Origin: Amoebophrya sp. A120
Taxonomy: Eukaryota; Protista; Dinoflagellata
DNA length: 64,000 bases
Direction: 5' to 3'
NCBI GenBank assembly: GCA_905178155.1
Contig: CAJINV010000004.1
Location: 3,947,555-4,011,554 of the forward strand
Below are positions 15,633-29,762 of this stretch, one piece after another (position 1 is the first letter of the stretch; each line of letters begins with the position of its first letter). Both the position numbers and the translations under genes were made by a program. The notes beneath the pieces are model-generated. The model worked only from the letters and a program-made list of their open reading frames with translations, was not told the DNA's origin and ran no database searches.

Positions 15633-17877
15633 ATGTCTCGCTCTCGCAGCCGAAGTCCTCCGGCCGCCCGGCGCTCTCGGTCCCGGAGCGGCGGTGCGGG
15701 TGCAGCCGCACCAGCCGCACGCAGCGGTAGCGAAGAAAAAGAACCCCGCAGCCACAACAGCAAGGAGCGTTCTGAGCCCGCCCCCGCGCGCGGCCGGAGC
15801 CGTTCCGCGGCGCGCCGAAACGGACCTCCCAGTAGTTCCCCCAGAGGAGGAGCGCGTGAGGACGACGAGAAGGAACAAGCGACCAAGAAAAACATCAAAT
15901 CTTCTCCGGGGAAAGTTATTTACAACAAGTCGTCGCGGTATCATGAAAGCGAGGACCGGCGGCACTTGGGCACCACCTTGTGGATCGGGAATTTACCGAA
16001 CACGGTGACGGAAACGCAGGCCCGTGAGGTGCTGGAAAAGTACGGAAAATTGGTCGACGTCCGCCTGAAAAACTCTGACACCAGCAAGGGCCCGCCCTTC
16101 GGGTTCGTGGAATTCCACGAGAAGCGAGACGCCGAGGACGCGCTGGCCGCATTGGACGGGAGCACGAAGATCTGGCCCGACCACGACGAGAAGATCAGTT
16201 GTCAGGTTTCCAAGCCGAAGGGCAAGGGCAAGGGGAAGGACGACTATGACCGGTACGGAGGAAAGTCTGCCTACGACCGCGACCCCCGCGACTACTACCG
16301 TCCTCGCGACGACCACTACCGCCGGGACCGGGACGAGGGGCCTTACTCCCTATCCAGCATCAAAAAAGTTCGTGTAAGTGTAAGTCTGTGAAGATGCAGA
16401 AAATGCAAAAGTGTATAATCTTGTCATGCTGGATCTGCGTCAAATACATAGGCTACTTTCATACCTGTTTCGACGAAGTAGCTGCGCATGACAGGTTCTT
16501 TTCCCTTTTAAAAATATATGCAAAACAAATTTGTGATGCCGCTCGTCCTACAACAAAGTTACACTCACACACTTTTTTTCTTGCATACGCCCGTCGGGAC
16601 GACTGCTCCCGCCGCGAGCGCGAGGACAGGTACAAGGGTGGATCTTCATACGGTAAGGACCGGTGGAGGGAGGATCGCAGCCCGTACGGGAAGGGCAAGG
16701 GTCGCCGTGACTCCCGCGACCGACGTGGTCGTCGTGACAGCTACGGTGGCGGCAAGGGCCCCAGTCGACGCGAGGCCAGCCGCGTATGCATCGCATATGT
16801 GTCTGGGTCTGGAGCAAGATTGCTACATTTGTCAACATGTCACGCATGTCCGACATCATCTGTGACTGTGACGCATGGGCACGATGAAAAGGTCTTCTCT
16901 TCTTGCCTGTCATGCGAAATACACAACACATAGGATCTCACAACTTTGCCATCCGTGGCGCCGTATTGATGCAGTGCGCCTCGGCCTCCCACTCACAACT
17001 TTTAGCATTAGAACTTTCCAGACCAAGACATGTTTGCATTTGATACCCCGGCCGCGGGTACAACTACCCCAGCAAAGGTGGCTCATACCACGACTCCTGG
17101 GACCACAAGGGCAAGCGGGGCGATTCCCGCGACCGGAAAGGTGGGTCCTCTTTCGGGAAGGACGGCCCGCCGAGCAAAAGCGGCGGGAAGGGCTTTGGTG
17201 GGTACACGGCCCCGTCTTTCTTCCGGGGCAAGGAGAATTACAAGATCTCGCTGACCAACCTTCCGCTCGACATGAGCTGGATCGAGCTGAAAACCCTCGG
17301 ACAGCGGGACGGGAAGGAGCCCACGTTTGCGCGCACGTTTGTGAATCGGGACGGGATCAACTGCGGGGTGCTGGAATACTATCCAAAAAAAAAGATTGTA
17401 GGTGTAAAAACTTTTTTGAAGGACGAACAGCATTACAAATCTGTGTGGCATCTTCAGAGCAAAACCTGTCATGCGCAGATAGTACTGGAAAACGCAGGCG
17501 CGGCTGAATGAATCCTGCAACGCATCCACTCCCAGCATGACAGACGCAATCATCTATGCACGTCGCGCATCACAAACTTACACTAACAGTGTTTTTTTCT
17601 TGGATAAATACCAGAAGAAGGACGAGGCGGAGGACATTGTCAAGGAGATGGACAACCGAAAAATCATATCCTGTGCAAAATTATCGTACTCGTAGTAATT
17701 GCAGTTATGCATTACAAATCTCTTTCTGAAGGCAAATCCGCATTACAAATCTAATTTGTAATGCTGACCCAATTTGTATTGCAATTTATACTACTACGAT
17801 ACAACTTTTGCAATGCATGAATCAAGGGCCACGAGGGACGACTCACCTGCGAAATGGGCGACAAGTGGCGGCGTTAA
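15633..17877 (+). CDS. SR-like RNA-binding protein with two RRM domains
   Basis: RS/RD-rich segments. RRM1 has LWIGNLP and PFGFVEF. The second RRM (ISLTNLPLDMSWIELK...CGVLEYQKKDEAEDIVKEMDNRKIKG) resembles the SRSF1-type SWQDLKD pseudo-RRM. Four introners; stop TAA 17875-17877. Confidence 0.8.
16351..16587. mobile_element. introner, A-tract family
   Basis: TAT...ATA ends with A/T tracts; DR CTCCC/CGCCC. Confidence 0.72.
16785..17045. mobile_element. introner, family A
   Basis: A-type TIR; DR CCGCG/CCCCG. Confidence 0.8.
17380..17606. mobile_element. introner, A-tract family
   Basis: TATCCAAAAAAAAA / TTTTTTTCTTGGATA; DR AATAC. Confidence 0.82.
17667..17819. mobile_element. introner, family B
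   Basis: B-type TIR; DR AATCA. Confidence 0.85.
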
Positions 17878-19438
17878 GGTCTTGTTTATTACAACGATGC
17901 AATGAGCCACAGCAAGTGCAAGCGGCTGAAACAATGGACAGCACCAGCGAAAGAGGGCGGAAGTTAGAACCGCAACCTGTTCCTCGCGTGTAGTTGCGTT
18001 TCATCAAAATCTGACTTAACCATCACACCAGGACCTTACTTTCACCTACGATTGCGGAGATGAACGAAAGTTGATTTTTTGCCAAAGAACCAGCTGAAGC
18101 CGCAAAACACGACCGACGGATTTTTCAGATTCTACTACGCAGCAGTTTCTTCATCTTCGCAGGGGACCGGCAACCGGCTGGAGATGAATGGTACGTATTC
18201 ACTATTACGGTTCTCGCTTTGTATCAATGACTAAGCCAATGGTAGAGCTTATTAGGTGGACCGTTCTGTCGTCGTTTTTGATTCAAAATCAAAACATAAA
18301 CAAATTAAGGTGACATATTCAGCTTGAATTTCGAATCGGACCGTGGTGGTGATCAGCTGAGTCGCGGCGATTAAAAAGCTTTCCCTTTGGGACAGCTTCT
18401 TGTTTGGATCTTGAGAATACAAATCGATCGAGATGATGACAACGTTGATTTCTCCACGGATAAGAGCATTGTTTTTATTGCCGTCTTGCAATAGTGCTCC
18501 CAAGAACCGAACTGATGTGATATCCAAGATGAAGCGACACCAGCATATTTGTCACAAGAAGGCACCGCTTCAACAGCATGGAGGGAGTAATTACCCGCCT
18601 GCTCCCTCTCTCACCGATGAAAACAGATACAAAAAGAAAAATGCTGCAGAGAAGTAGCAGCTGTTACTTGATCGTGTTGCGGATCCGACGTGGTTCTACT
18701 CTCGGACCAGAAGCTGCCAAAGCCCAAGCCTTGGTTAGAAGTCGTGTGTCACGAGAGCATATTGTACTTATTTATACCACGATGAGTGACCTACAAAGAG
18801 TTCTAAGTATTTTTGTAGACGAAGACGTCAAGCGTCGATGAACAAAATGCACGAGAGGATCGCTCTTCTTGTAGTATACAAACTAAATAAGTAGCTCTGT
18901 GTTTATTGTTTCGTTTTGTCTTCCTTTCGTCTGTAGTTGTTTGGTGTCATTCCACGTGAACAGACACGTTTTCTTTTAGCACAGAGGCAGTTTCTAGGGA
19001 AAAAAAATTGAATTACTTCGCTATTTCGTTCTCGATTTTCAAGATAAAGATTGTCTACTTTTCCGTCAGCGATTTACACCTGCTATTTTCTATCTCCGAA
19101 ATAATTTTTTCGAAAGCAAATCATCAATATCAATGTATAACTTACTTCCATTTCGAATGATGTCGCTCAACATCTTCGTCTCGTTCTTCCTGCGTACTAT
19201 ACGGTGATTTTTCTTCAAAATTCGCATTCATTTTCCATTCCGGCAAAGACCCGGACAGCGACACCGTGACACTTCCGGCAAAGCTTCGGCGTCACGATCG
19301 CTACTTAGTACGACCTGCGACAGCGAGCGGCTGTCTTCTACACGAGCAGATACGAGGAAGAGCGCTATTACGCCCTCATCTCACGACCGTGTTTTTTGAA
19401 ATCGAAATTGATCGAGAGTCTTCTTGTTCGTGCTCGAC

Positions 19439-22400
19439 ATGGTGGATATAGTTCCGGCCGACAGCAACACAGCTTCGATGAAGGCACCTTCAGCTTCACC
19501 CTCTCGAAATGAAAACCCGAAACTAGAAGAAGCAAAAGAGGAACAACGAGACCCCGCAGCTACTGCCGACGAGGAGGCACGAGAAGATGTCGCAGCGTCA
19601 AAGAACAACAACTCCGAAGACAAGCCGAGTAGTACGACCACCGCTTCATCTGCCTCGATTCCTATGAAGATTGTCAACATGAAGGTTGGAAAATCCAAAG
19701 CGTCGTCCTCTTCTAGTAGTACAAGCGCCACGTCGAAGATCACTGCTATGAAACAACAAGCGATGAAAGTTACTGCCGCGTCATCAACTAGTACAAAAAG
19801 CAAAAGCGCGAAAGCGGACGCAGATCGCGAAATAAAAAACAAAGACCTATCTCCAACCGCCGAGAACGCCCGAGGTCGCCCAGTAGCCGGCGCTGCCGCC
19901 GCAGAAGCAGGTGAAGACGCGGATGTCAACGGAATAAACAAGAAGCCTCCAACATCTATCGCGTGCAAATGTGCCTAGGGGGTAGGGTAGGCCCAAATCT
20001 TTTGGGCTGATAAAAATACAGCTTTTTTCGCATTTTTTGCATATTTGGTGCAAAAAAATTGCACAGCTTTGGGCCCCTTTGCGCAGCCCGTATGCATTTA
20101 TTGCGCCGCGGCTTCTGTGCCCCCTTTCTGTGCGCACGCTATCCGGTTTTTTTTTTTGTGTTGCGCGATGAAGATGCTGCGGCACAGGCCGAAATCCCAA
20201 TCGCGCCTCGCATTGTGGCCTACGTGCCGGCCTGTTGCTGTTCGTGCGCAGCTTTTCTCCCAGACGAGAAGCCGGGAAAGTTGTGGCGCAGTCTGGGGCC
20301 CAAGCACCCCGCTTTGGCCACGGGCTTGGGCAAGGACATGGCCCGATAGATGGCGGCCGCCCAAGATGATTTGTATGGCTAGGTCGGTGTAACAAGAACA
20401 ACTTGAGCTTGAGGCCCGAACGGGCCACAATTTTGAATCTTTGCAGCCTGCACGCAACAAACTGCTGCGTGCTGCCTGCAAAGATTCGCCACTGCAAACA
20501 AACTCGCCATTATACCATGGCCCTTTCTGAGTGCGCAGCAGCGTGCGTATTCGTCACGCCTTGCCAGCTGCTTCGCTCCTCGCCCGTTGCCTCGGGTCGT
20601 TTTCATCTCAGCGCGGCGCCAACAAGTACCTTCAACGAAAGAAGGTGTTTGGAAGTCACGAGGGAAAAACAATTTTTATCATGAAAAAACGCGACTTTGC
20701 GTGAAGGCTAGACCACAATTTGTGGTCGAGAAGCTGGTGGAGAAGCTGGTGTAGAAGCTGGTAGGGAAGCTTGTGAGAAAGCAACACGCCTACTCGCTTC
20801 TTTGCCCGCTCACTCTTCGCGTTGGCGACCGAGAAGGAAACTTGGGCGCGGATCGATCTGCCGTGGGCGAGGAAATGCGAGCCTCTGCAGCCCTCACGCA
20901 ACAGCCTCCTGCGTGCTGGCTGCATATCTTCCCGCCCGTGGGTATTTGGGCTCCATTTCCCGTCTGTGGATACTTCGCCTCCTCCGGTGTGTTCTCCGCC
21001 ACCTTGGCCCAACCTTTAGTCGAGCCCCCGGCAGCCCAGCCTCACTCCTTCCTGCGCTATCGCGCAGCCTCTTGCTCCTGCTCCACCTCCGGCGCCGCGC
21101 CTGGCGGAACCTCGGGCCCCGCGCCTGGCCCAGCCTCTGGCCGGCCCAGTCTATCTCTGGCCCTGCCCCGCCTGGCGTAGCCGGCTGGGCCTATCGCTAT
21201 CTCTGCCCCACCCTCGGGCCCAGCCTCTGGCCCAAGAACGATCGAACCGCCGCCCCGGAGGTTCGGGCTTCTGAGCTGCAACACCTTTGGCGCCAGCTTG
21301 GGCACCAGCTTCGGCACCAGCTTCGGCACCAACTTCGGCACCAACTTCGCCACCAGCCTTAGCACAAGCTTTTTTGCAGCTTTTTGCTATTTTTCTTTGG
21401 TGCTACCCTACCCCCTAGGCACATTTGCATTTGATAACATCAAAGATGAAGCAAAACAAGAAATCTGCTGCTGCAGCGGCAGACGAGGAAGAGCAAGAGG
21501 AAAAGCAAACCGAAAATAAACCTGCGGGCGAGGGCCAATGCGACGAGGACGACGAGCTTCCGAATCGGGGGCGGGACAGGATAGAGCGCGCGGCCGCGGC
21601 GAAAAACGAGAAGCGGCGAACGCCAACAAAGGAGTGGGAAAAATGTTCGCTGCAAGAAAAGGTCAAGGACTGCCTGCGGCGGGAGAATTTCAAGGATTTG
21701 GTGGAGGTTTATCCACAGAAAAAAACCATGATCCCCATCCATTCTTTGCATAACACACACTGGATTTTATTTATGTTTCGCATGACAAATTAGATGGCGA
21801 TCATGGGTCTTTTTCTTTGGATAAAGTGTTCAAAGAGTCGAATAAGAAGGACAAAGACGACAAGTATCAGGTCATCTATGAACTGCAAAAGTATCGCACT
21901 CGTAGTAATTGCATTCATGCATTACAAATCTCTTTCTTAGGGTAAATCAGCATTACAAATTCAATTCAATTTCTTTTTCTAATGCTGGGGAAATTTGTAA
22001 TGCAATTTATACAGGTGCCTGCGTGTGCGTGTGCGCTACTTTTGCATTGCATATCATCGACAGTTACTTAACGGAATACAAGGATGTGTTTCCGGAAAGC
22101 GCAGCGCGAAACGCAGTGTTCAAGGACGCGGAAGGAGAAGTGGATGAGTACGCGGAAAAAAAGGCTTTGAAGCCGGGGGAAGTAGTGAAAACAGAGGGGA
22201 TGAAGAAGAAAACAAGGACCTACATGAACTTGGGGGTATATGTTTATAGGCTTGTCTTGGTGTTAGTCTTAGAAGTCTGATGATGGCTTGATGGATTCGA
22301 GTGGTTTTTCGGCATAAAATTTTGTCGCGTATTTCAATTTGGATAGGAGCCTGGTGATATGCTATACCATTTTCACCATTACCTCCAGAGCTGCACCGTG

Positions 22401-25400
22401 CAATGGCAGCTTTCATCACAGCTACGACTTGCTTGTCTATACGTCTTTGTCATCTATCAGATCGTCTCCTGGCGGCCGTATGGCAAGCTCTCCCGACAGA
22501 TGAAAACGGAGCCGGGGAAGAGCCTCGCGATGCTCTTGTGTGCGGCGCTGGAGGTCGACTGCGAGGCTCGGGATGGGAAGAAGAAAGTAGAGGACTTGTT
22601 CATTGGGAGTAGTATTACTTTGAATAAGAATGGGACAGTATCCCGTGGAAAGCCGTCCCCAACCCCAATTCCCCAGAGTTGTCATGCAGTTTGCAGCTAT
22701 AGGAAAGAATGATGCGCGTCCCCATGAGACACAGACAGAGACAAAGGCGTCTCCAATCGTGAGCTTTGGCATTTGTAATGCTGTAGACAGGATGCGCAAG
22801 TGTTTTTGTGATGCAGCTGGCCTTGATAAACTGCACTGCAATACACAGAGGAACGCGTGGTCATGTGTGAGGAGTCACGCATTACCACAAGCTCCTCTCT
22901 GTATGGATTTGTGTTGCCAAGACGTCCCTATTTTGGCTCTGGCGGGTGGGCACGCTTTTCCTCAGGATACCCTTCACAAATGCATGTCGATGACGGGAAT
23001 TTAGGACATTCTCGGGTGATCGGGTTTGGGCGGTACGTTGGCGGGGAAACCTGGGTCTACGACAAGAATGGGACGCAATGGCTCAACGTGAAGCCGAACA
23101 CGTTAGCCGGCAAGTCGGTGGTCAGCACTATTTACAACCGCGGATGGTGGGCGGAGCGGGACAAGAAGGAGCCGCTCACCATCCGGCTGGCAGACAAGCA
23201 GACCCCGATCAAGGCCGACAGGAAATTTTTCAACAGCGACGAGGGACGGAGGCTGATGCGTAAGGACTGCAGTATCCAGTTGCCATTTAAGAGGGTGCCG
23301 GTTTATCATCAGGTCGCCGATTTTATGGGCCCGCTGCCCCATGTATGCATTGCGAACATGTCTCGGCGCGGAAACTACTTGTGACGCTGCTGAGTGGTCA
23401 TGATTGAGTGCGCCTGTGCATGCAGTGACGCATGAAGAAATTTGTCAATCTCTTTTGTTGCTTTTGTTGCTTGTGCAGTACAGATTTTGCACGATTGCCA
23501 GAGACGCAACACAGGATCTTGAACCTTTCCAGACCCGGACGTATTCGCAGTGGATACCATGCGACAGCCCCCGCCTTCCCCGGATCCTTCGTGGACCCGG
23601 CGAAGCGGCCCAAGGAGCTGCAAAAAATCAACATCCTGGGCGACATGAGTCCAGAAGAGGCCGACTTCTTGCTGAAGTGGGCGGCAGACCACCAGACGGG
23701 AGAGGATGGGTTCATAAGGTAAGCACGACGTAGAGGGGATGGATTTACTTGCTGTTAGTGCTATGCTTGATCATGGGTGGCCGTGGCGTGGCCTTTTTTG
23801 CAGTCAAGTGCCTACTACATTCGCCCCACCAAGTCGCGGGTGGAAATTTGATAAAGAAGAAGATCGCCACTGCCAAGCTTCCGTGCACGGGCCAGCCCCA
23901 GCAGTGTGCCTGCTGCGCGCAGAAATTTTTGTCAAGCAATGGTCTGGTGACTGCTCTTTTCTATCGTAATGCATGGTTTCTTTTACGTAGTGTTAGTGAA
24001 TCAATGCAAGAGAAGGACCACTTACTACTTCTGAAAAACCGAATTTCATCACCCAGATATGTCGCGGTCTTCTATCCGCACGCGTCCAGTGTGAGTGACC
24101 GGGTCGGCGATGTCTCCGCGGAACGCGCTGCCTCGTACGGTTTCTGCCGCGTGTTCGAGCCGAAATTTGAAAAGGCCAGGAAGCGGCTCGAGGAAGACTA
24201 CAGGGCGATGATCACGCAGGACGGCTTCGGCGTCGTATCCTTTGAAGGCGCGGACGGGAAGAAAAAGCAGTTTAAGGGCGCAAAGAACAGTTTGAAGGGC
24301 GACCAGGTGGATAGATTGATTTACACAGAGATTTGGATTTTGCTTCAGTAGTTTATTTTGATGTGGGAGCAGGTGCGCGTCGCCTGATTTTCTTTCACTA
24401 GAGATCACTAGTACTACATGTCGATGTCGTGCCTGCGCCTGCCAGTCGTGCCACTTGTCGTGTATGCTGCTGTATTAAAAGCAAGAGCGTGGACATGATA
24501 CAGTGTAACTCTAAACGATGTTCTTGCGACTGGCTAGTTTAGTGAAGCTTCCGAAAAAAATTTTACCCACTCTCGTCTTACTTACAACTACGCACAGGTA
24601 ACCGTGCAAGAAACAGCTGTGAAGGAGCGCACGATGCAGGTGATCCGGGACAAATACAAGGAGGACGGCGAGAAGGAGATTGCCAAGATCAAATTCGCAA
24701 AAGGAAACTACAAGAAGGGGGGCTCTGCCGAGACCCGCGACTGCCCGCTCGTGATTCTCGACGACCTGTGGCGCGACTGGGGCATCCCGGAACTGGTGGA
24801 GGCGGAAAGGCAGGCGAAAATATGGATTGTAAAAGTATCGTATTCGTATAAATGCAATTGAAAAGTTGCAATGCTGATTTGCCTTAAGAAACAGATTTGT
24901 AATGCATGACTGCAATGCGAGTACGATAATTTTGCACAGGATAGAAAATTGCAAAGGGTAAAACGGTCCCGGGGAAGGAGGCCTACATGGGACAAGAGCA
25001 AAAATTGTATATATTAGAAGTGAGCCAGTAGATTTAGTAGATTATGGTCAAAATTTTTGTAGGAGGTGGAGGTCTATTTTTCTGCATGTGCTTCTTCGCG
25101 ATACCGATTATATGAGTTCTCTAGAAAATTTAGATTTATTCCATTGTATCTACAAATTACATTTACACAAACACTACATCAGCTTGAGGGAGATCCTGCG
25201 AACCTACGCGGGCAGGAAGTTGCCCGACTGGGCGGGGGGAAAAGTGCCACTTCCCTACAAGGACTGGCCCCCAGACTGGTTTTTCTTGAAAGGCACGGAC
25301 TTCAGCGCACTGAAGGACGCCTACTTGAAGCACTACTCCGGCGAGTGCCGCATTACCATCCAGTGGTCGGGGAAGGGCCCCACACCGTCGATCAAGGGAG

Positions 25401-26077
25401 TCAAGCGAACCCGGGACGCACCGAATGTCACGGACGAGTACTGGACGGGCAACCGTTTGAAAGAAGAGCGCATGATCAACGAAGACTTAACGGACCGGGA
25501 GGACAACGAGACCAAGAGGATGAATCAGCTGGCGCGCGACGAGAAGGCGAAGCGGGCCGAGTTGAAGAATAAAGCGACGGAAACGGAAGAATTAAAGGAA
25601 GGCGAAGGAAGATCTTCTGGGGTACAACAACCGGACCAAGACGATTTTGGGGACTCGAAAGACGTCGAAAATGAAACCGCAGCTGCTTCTACAGAATCAC
25701 TGTCCACGAAAATGAAAAAAGCAATGAAGGCTGCTGCTGGTGGTGCTGGTGGTGCTTCTAATCCTGCCGGAGCTTCCACTGCGAGGACAGCGGCTTCGTC
25801 GAAGTCTTCAAAGATGAAAGCGGCAGGTAAAAAGAAGGAGACCGGCGCGGCCGCAGCTGCCTCAACATCGACAGCGTCTGCTGGGAACAAGGAAGATAGC
25901 AAGGACCGCAAGTCCCTCATAGAAAAGTCGTCCCCGATGAAAGAGAAAGAAGGCGGGTCGTCTCAACCCGGCGCCTCCGGGAAGAAAGATAACAAAGAAA
26001 AGGAGAAAAGAAGTCCGAATGCGAACGCGATGTCCACCTCCCCAGAAACCAAGAAACGCAAGACGGATGCGTCATAA
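19439..26077 (+). CDS. large hypothetical protein with low-complexity charged termini
   Basis: ORF pieces join across 6 introners (19957, 21710, 21877, 22639, 23344, 24821) and GT-AG introns (about 22237-22460, 23719-24056, 24307-24597, and one ending 25182). No recognised domain. Confidence 0.6.
19957..21436. mobile_element. giant 1480-bp introner-type TIR element
   Basis: TATC...TGCAAATGTGCCTAGGGGGTAGGGTAG / CTACCCTACCCCCTAGGCACATTTGCATTTGATA; DR ACATC; host frame PPTS|KMKQ restored. Confidence 0.85.
21710..21823. mobile_element. introner, family G
   Basis: TATCCACAGAAAAAAACCATGATC / GATCATGGGTCTTTTTCTTTGGATA; DR AGGTT/AAGTG. Confidence 0.78.
21877..22053. mobile_element. introner, family B
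   Basis: B-type TIR; DR TCATC. Confidence 0.82.
22639..22969. mobile_element. degenerate introner, family C
   Basis: C-type ends and interior. No DR visible, but element+5 nt removal keeps frame. Confidence 0.65.
23344..23556. mobile_element. introner, family A
   Basis: Degenerate A-type TIR; DR CCATG. Confidence 0.8.
24821..24943. mobile_element. introner, family B
   Basis: B-type TIR; DR GAAAA. Confidence 0.82.
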
Positions 26078-27306
26078 ATCGGCACTAGGGTCGTCTCCAT
26101 TCTGCATCTGTTGATCCTTAATCATTAATATCGATCTTGCTTCTCGCTCCCAGTCCCACCTAGTACGACTACAACCTCAAGTAGTGTTCTTGATATAAGC
26201 ATTGCGCTTATTCGCATCTACCGTAAAAACGGAGCGGAAGGAGACCCGTTGTATTCCTTTGTGGTAGACCATCTATACTTCGAATGTAGTGGATATCTAA
26301 TTGATGTTGTTTGTGGTGTGTAGGTCGAGACTTTTTTTGAATACGAAACTCAAAAATTCAAACCTCCTCGCGCGAGAATCTGATATTAAAAATATACTGA
26401 TAGATAGCAACATGATTTTCTGGAATGTTGACGATAGAAATGTGCCTTGTTCTGGTGCACAACCGTGCTCGTGCTTCCCTCCCGGAGAAAGAACTTGCGC
26501 TGCATATCAAGTGCAGTATTCCTCACCACCCCGTGGAGAGAGGAACCACTTGCTGGGACAAAATGCGTACTATCTGTCGTTCTAGCCCTTCGCAACGCCG
26601 ACGCCGAAATGGAAATCTCGGGTGCGGCAGTTCCTGTAGCTTCTTCCAATGCAAGCGTTCTGGTGCATTAATTCGTGTGTGTAGTATCGGTTCCCGGTAT
26701 GACATTCTTGATCCCATTTCTGCAGATCGAAATTGTTGGAACTTCATCGCTAAAGTAGATCAGTTCACACCTATATACTTATCCATGAATCGTGAAAGAA
26801 AAAGAATGAAATTGAATAAAACCAAAAAAAGTTCCTTCTGGACCACACGATCCGAAGGTTCACGTCTCTAGTTCATTTCGGTAAAGTCAAATGATCGGAC
26901 GCTCAAGCTCCTTGTGCTTTTTCATTTTCGGAATCTAAATGCCTCGTGTTAAAGTCCAAGCCGAAAAAATCGCATTCTGGTCGTGAGTCGATAGTCCAAA
27001 GAGATATAACAACAAGATCCAGATCACAAAAATGTCGTGCGGAGTTTCATTCTCAATTGTCGTACTAGTTTTCTACGTAACTTCCATGTTCTTGTTTTCT
27101 TTCCGGTGATTCCAGTGATCTTGTACACGTGCTGCTTATTGACTCGTCTGACATTGACACGACTTCTTGAAGTTTAGTATTAGTACCAGTACCCGAATCA
27201 AAATATGAACAAATCTACATCCCCTATAGCTATAGCTTCATGATCTCGCGCTAGCCAGTGCTCTATTTCCGGCTCGTCTTCTTTTTAAGCTACAAATGCA
27301 AGAAAA

Positions 27307-29762
27307 ATGGTCGGCAAGGTACTGCTGGAACCTGAGGACAGGCGCGAAAATGAGAATGCAATCTATGCTGGCACAAAAGCACCTCCTCCCGCACCACCAG
27401 CTTTGCGGCACGCCGAAAAGGAGCGCAAATTTTCCACCTGCAGCTTTGCCGATCGCGTCTGCAACTGTGTCTTGAGCTGCTACCGCACGCAGCGGGAAGA
27501 CCAGGAGCTGTTTCCAGGCTTGTTGGCACCTGCTGCACCGTGGTCCTCGTCTTCTGAAGCTACTTCGGAGCTGCTCCTGCAATCTTCAAAAGCATTTCTG
27601 AAGCAGACCTGCATCGCCGGGTTTGTGCTCTTCGATAGCGAGGCGAATGAGATGCGATGCGTGAGCTTCGGCGTCGGCACGAAATTCAGGAAGTACGATG
27701 CTCCCAAGAACCAGTGTGTGGTTCATCTTGAGCAGCGAATGCCTGGTGGTGGTGGAGGTATCGCAGAAGGCGACGCGCAAGAAATACTTTCAAAGCAAAG
27801 TTGTAAAAAAACTGCCCTTTACGACCTCCACGCTGAGGTGCTGGCGAAGCGTGCTCTGATGCGGTGGCTAGCGCGCGCGGATGAAGAAGTGGTCAGAGAA
27901 CTAGCTGGGGTGGGGCAACATCAAGAGCACCTCCAGCACGAGACCGCAGCTACTCATGCTGACCAAGATGCTGAACCAAATAAACCAGCACACGTGATAC
28001 ATCACGGCAAGAACGCCAGTACAGTTACGCCTGAGGGGGGACGTCGAATTCGAAACGAGGACACAACTCAGCAGGATTCCAGAGAAAATCTTCCAAATTA
28101 TCGTTCGAAACCGCCAAATAAATTTAAATACTCGCTTCACATGTACGTATCTTCCGCTCCCTGCGGAAATGCTTGCATCCGCCGGTGGGGCAAGGGCGGC
28201 CTCGGGCCCTCGTTTCCGGACTTGCCGGACTCCGCCTGGCCGCGCCTGGAAGATGTTGATAAAAACGACGAGAAGGTGGACGACGAGCAGAGCAAAAGTC
28301 ATGCGGCAGGTTTTAATTTTATCACTCGGCCGAAGTTTTCCTTCTTCGCCAAGAAGGAAGGACAGGGCGCCTTCTTGCAGAAAGGACCTAAGGAAATAAA
28401 CTTTAACTACGGAAACAGCGATGCGAGATACCCCTCCGGGGAAACCGAAACATCAAACATGGCAAACGAAGAACCAACGCTGGACCAGGCTGTGGAGGAT
28501 CATCACGCGGCAGAGGTACAAAATAAACTACGAGCCGAGCGTGAGAAGCTGTTTTCCGGGCAGCCGGTGCAGTACTGGCGGCCCTCGTGCCAAGCGACGC
28601 CCTTGAGCTGCAGCGACAAAATCCTGAAATGGCAGGTGCTGGGCTTCCAGGGCAGAGTGCTGCTGCAAAGGCTGCTGCGACATAGTTCCACCACTGCTGG
28701 TGCTGGGGGTGCAGCAGCAGCAGCTTCTTCCAGGCCTTTCTCGTCTGCTCCTGCTCCAGAGGAAGCAGAAGTTATACAGTTCAAAGATTTTTATCCGGCC
28801 GTCCGCATTGCGACGCTGGTGTGCGGGCGGAAATTTGTGGACGGGCATTTGAACAGGGCGGTTTGGGAAAGATACAATGTCAACGTTGCCGTTTCGTCAC
28901 GATTTGGAGGTAGTAGTAGTAGTAGTAGTTCTGGCGAAGGCCGCTCAGTGGTTCCGCCGCTGGCTTCGCGAAAAATCGCTTGTCTGGTCACCATATCCTC
29001 TGCAAAAGTATCGTACTCGTAGTAAAAGTAATTGCTATCATGCATGGCAAATATCCCTTTTTAGGTAAATCAGCATTACAAATTTCATTTTTCTTCTTGA
29101 AAAAATTTGTGATGCAATTTATACTAGTGCGATACTTTTGCAATGCATACACTAGCGTGAAGTCGGACGAGGGAGTGTATGACTGTGCGAGCGCTGTAAC
29201 AAACCAGGAGCAGAGTTGTGTAGACGCTGCAGGAGTGCCAACATCAAGTGTCAGGCCGCACATGACGCAACAAGCCGACTTTTCCGACCCGCGGTGTATG
29301 TGGTGGGCGGCTCCTGGTACTGGTGATGTGATCGGGGGCAAGGCGAAAGGCGAGGGCGAGGTTCTGGATGGGCGCACCGGCATGGTTTTTCGTGATGCCC
29401 GCCTGAACCTCCTGAAAGAGGACGAGGCAGGACGCAGGTTAAGTGCGGAGCGTAGTTGTGGACCCAGAGTAGAATCAGGACAAAAAGAACAGGAGGAAGC
29501 ACCCGGGACTCCGCATCATCTAGAAAAGCCCAGCCTGCTCCTCTTCTCAAACATGGAGAGGGATAATTTCTACTTGCCCTCAAAAACTACAAACGAAACC
29601 GCATCCGCAGCTGCGGCTTTATTGGAGGTTGAAGGGAACAAAAATCTGCATCTTCAGCGACAGCAATCTCGTGCTCGTGTGGAACATGCAGAAGCCCTTT
29701 ACGACGCACGAAAACGAGAACTGTATCAATTCTTTCAGCGACATACGCCTACTACAGCGTAG
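27307..29762 (+). CDS. adenosine deaminase acting on RNA domain protein (ADAT1/Tad1-like, A_deamin)
   Basis: Motifs VSFGVGTK, DLHAEVLAKRAL, HMYVSSAPCGNA, LSCSDKILKWQVLGFQG. No dsRBD seen. One introner, 28994-29149. Confidence 0.85.
28994..29149. mobile_element. introner, family B
   Basis: B-type TIR; DR CACCA/CACTA. Confidence 0.85.
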
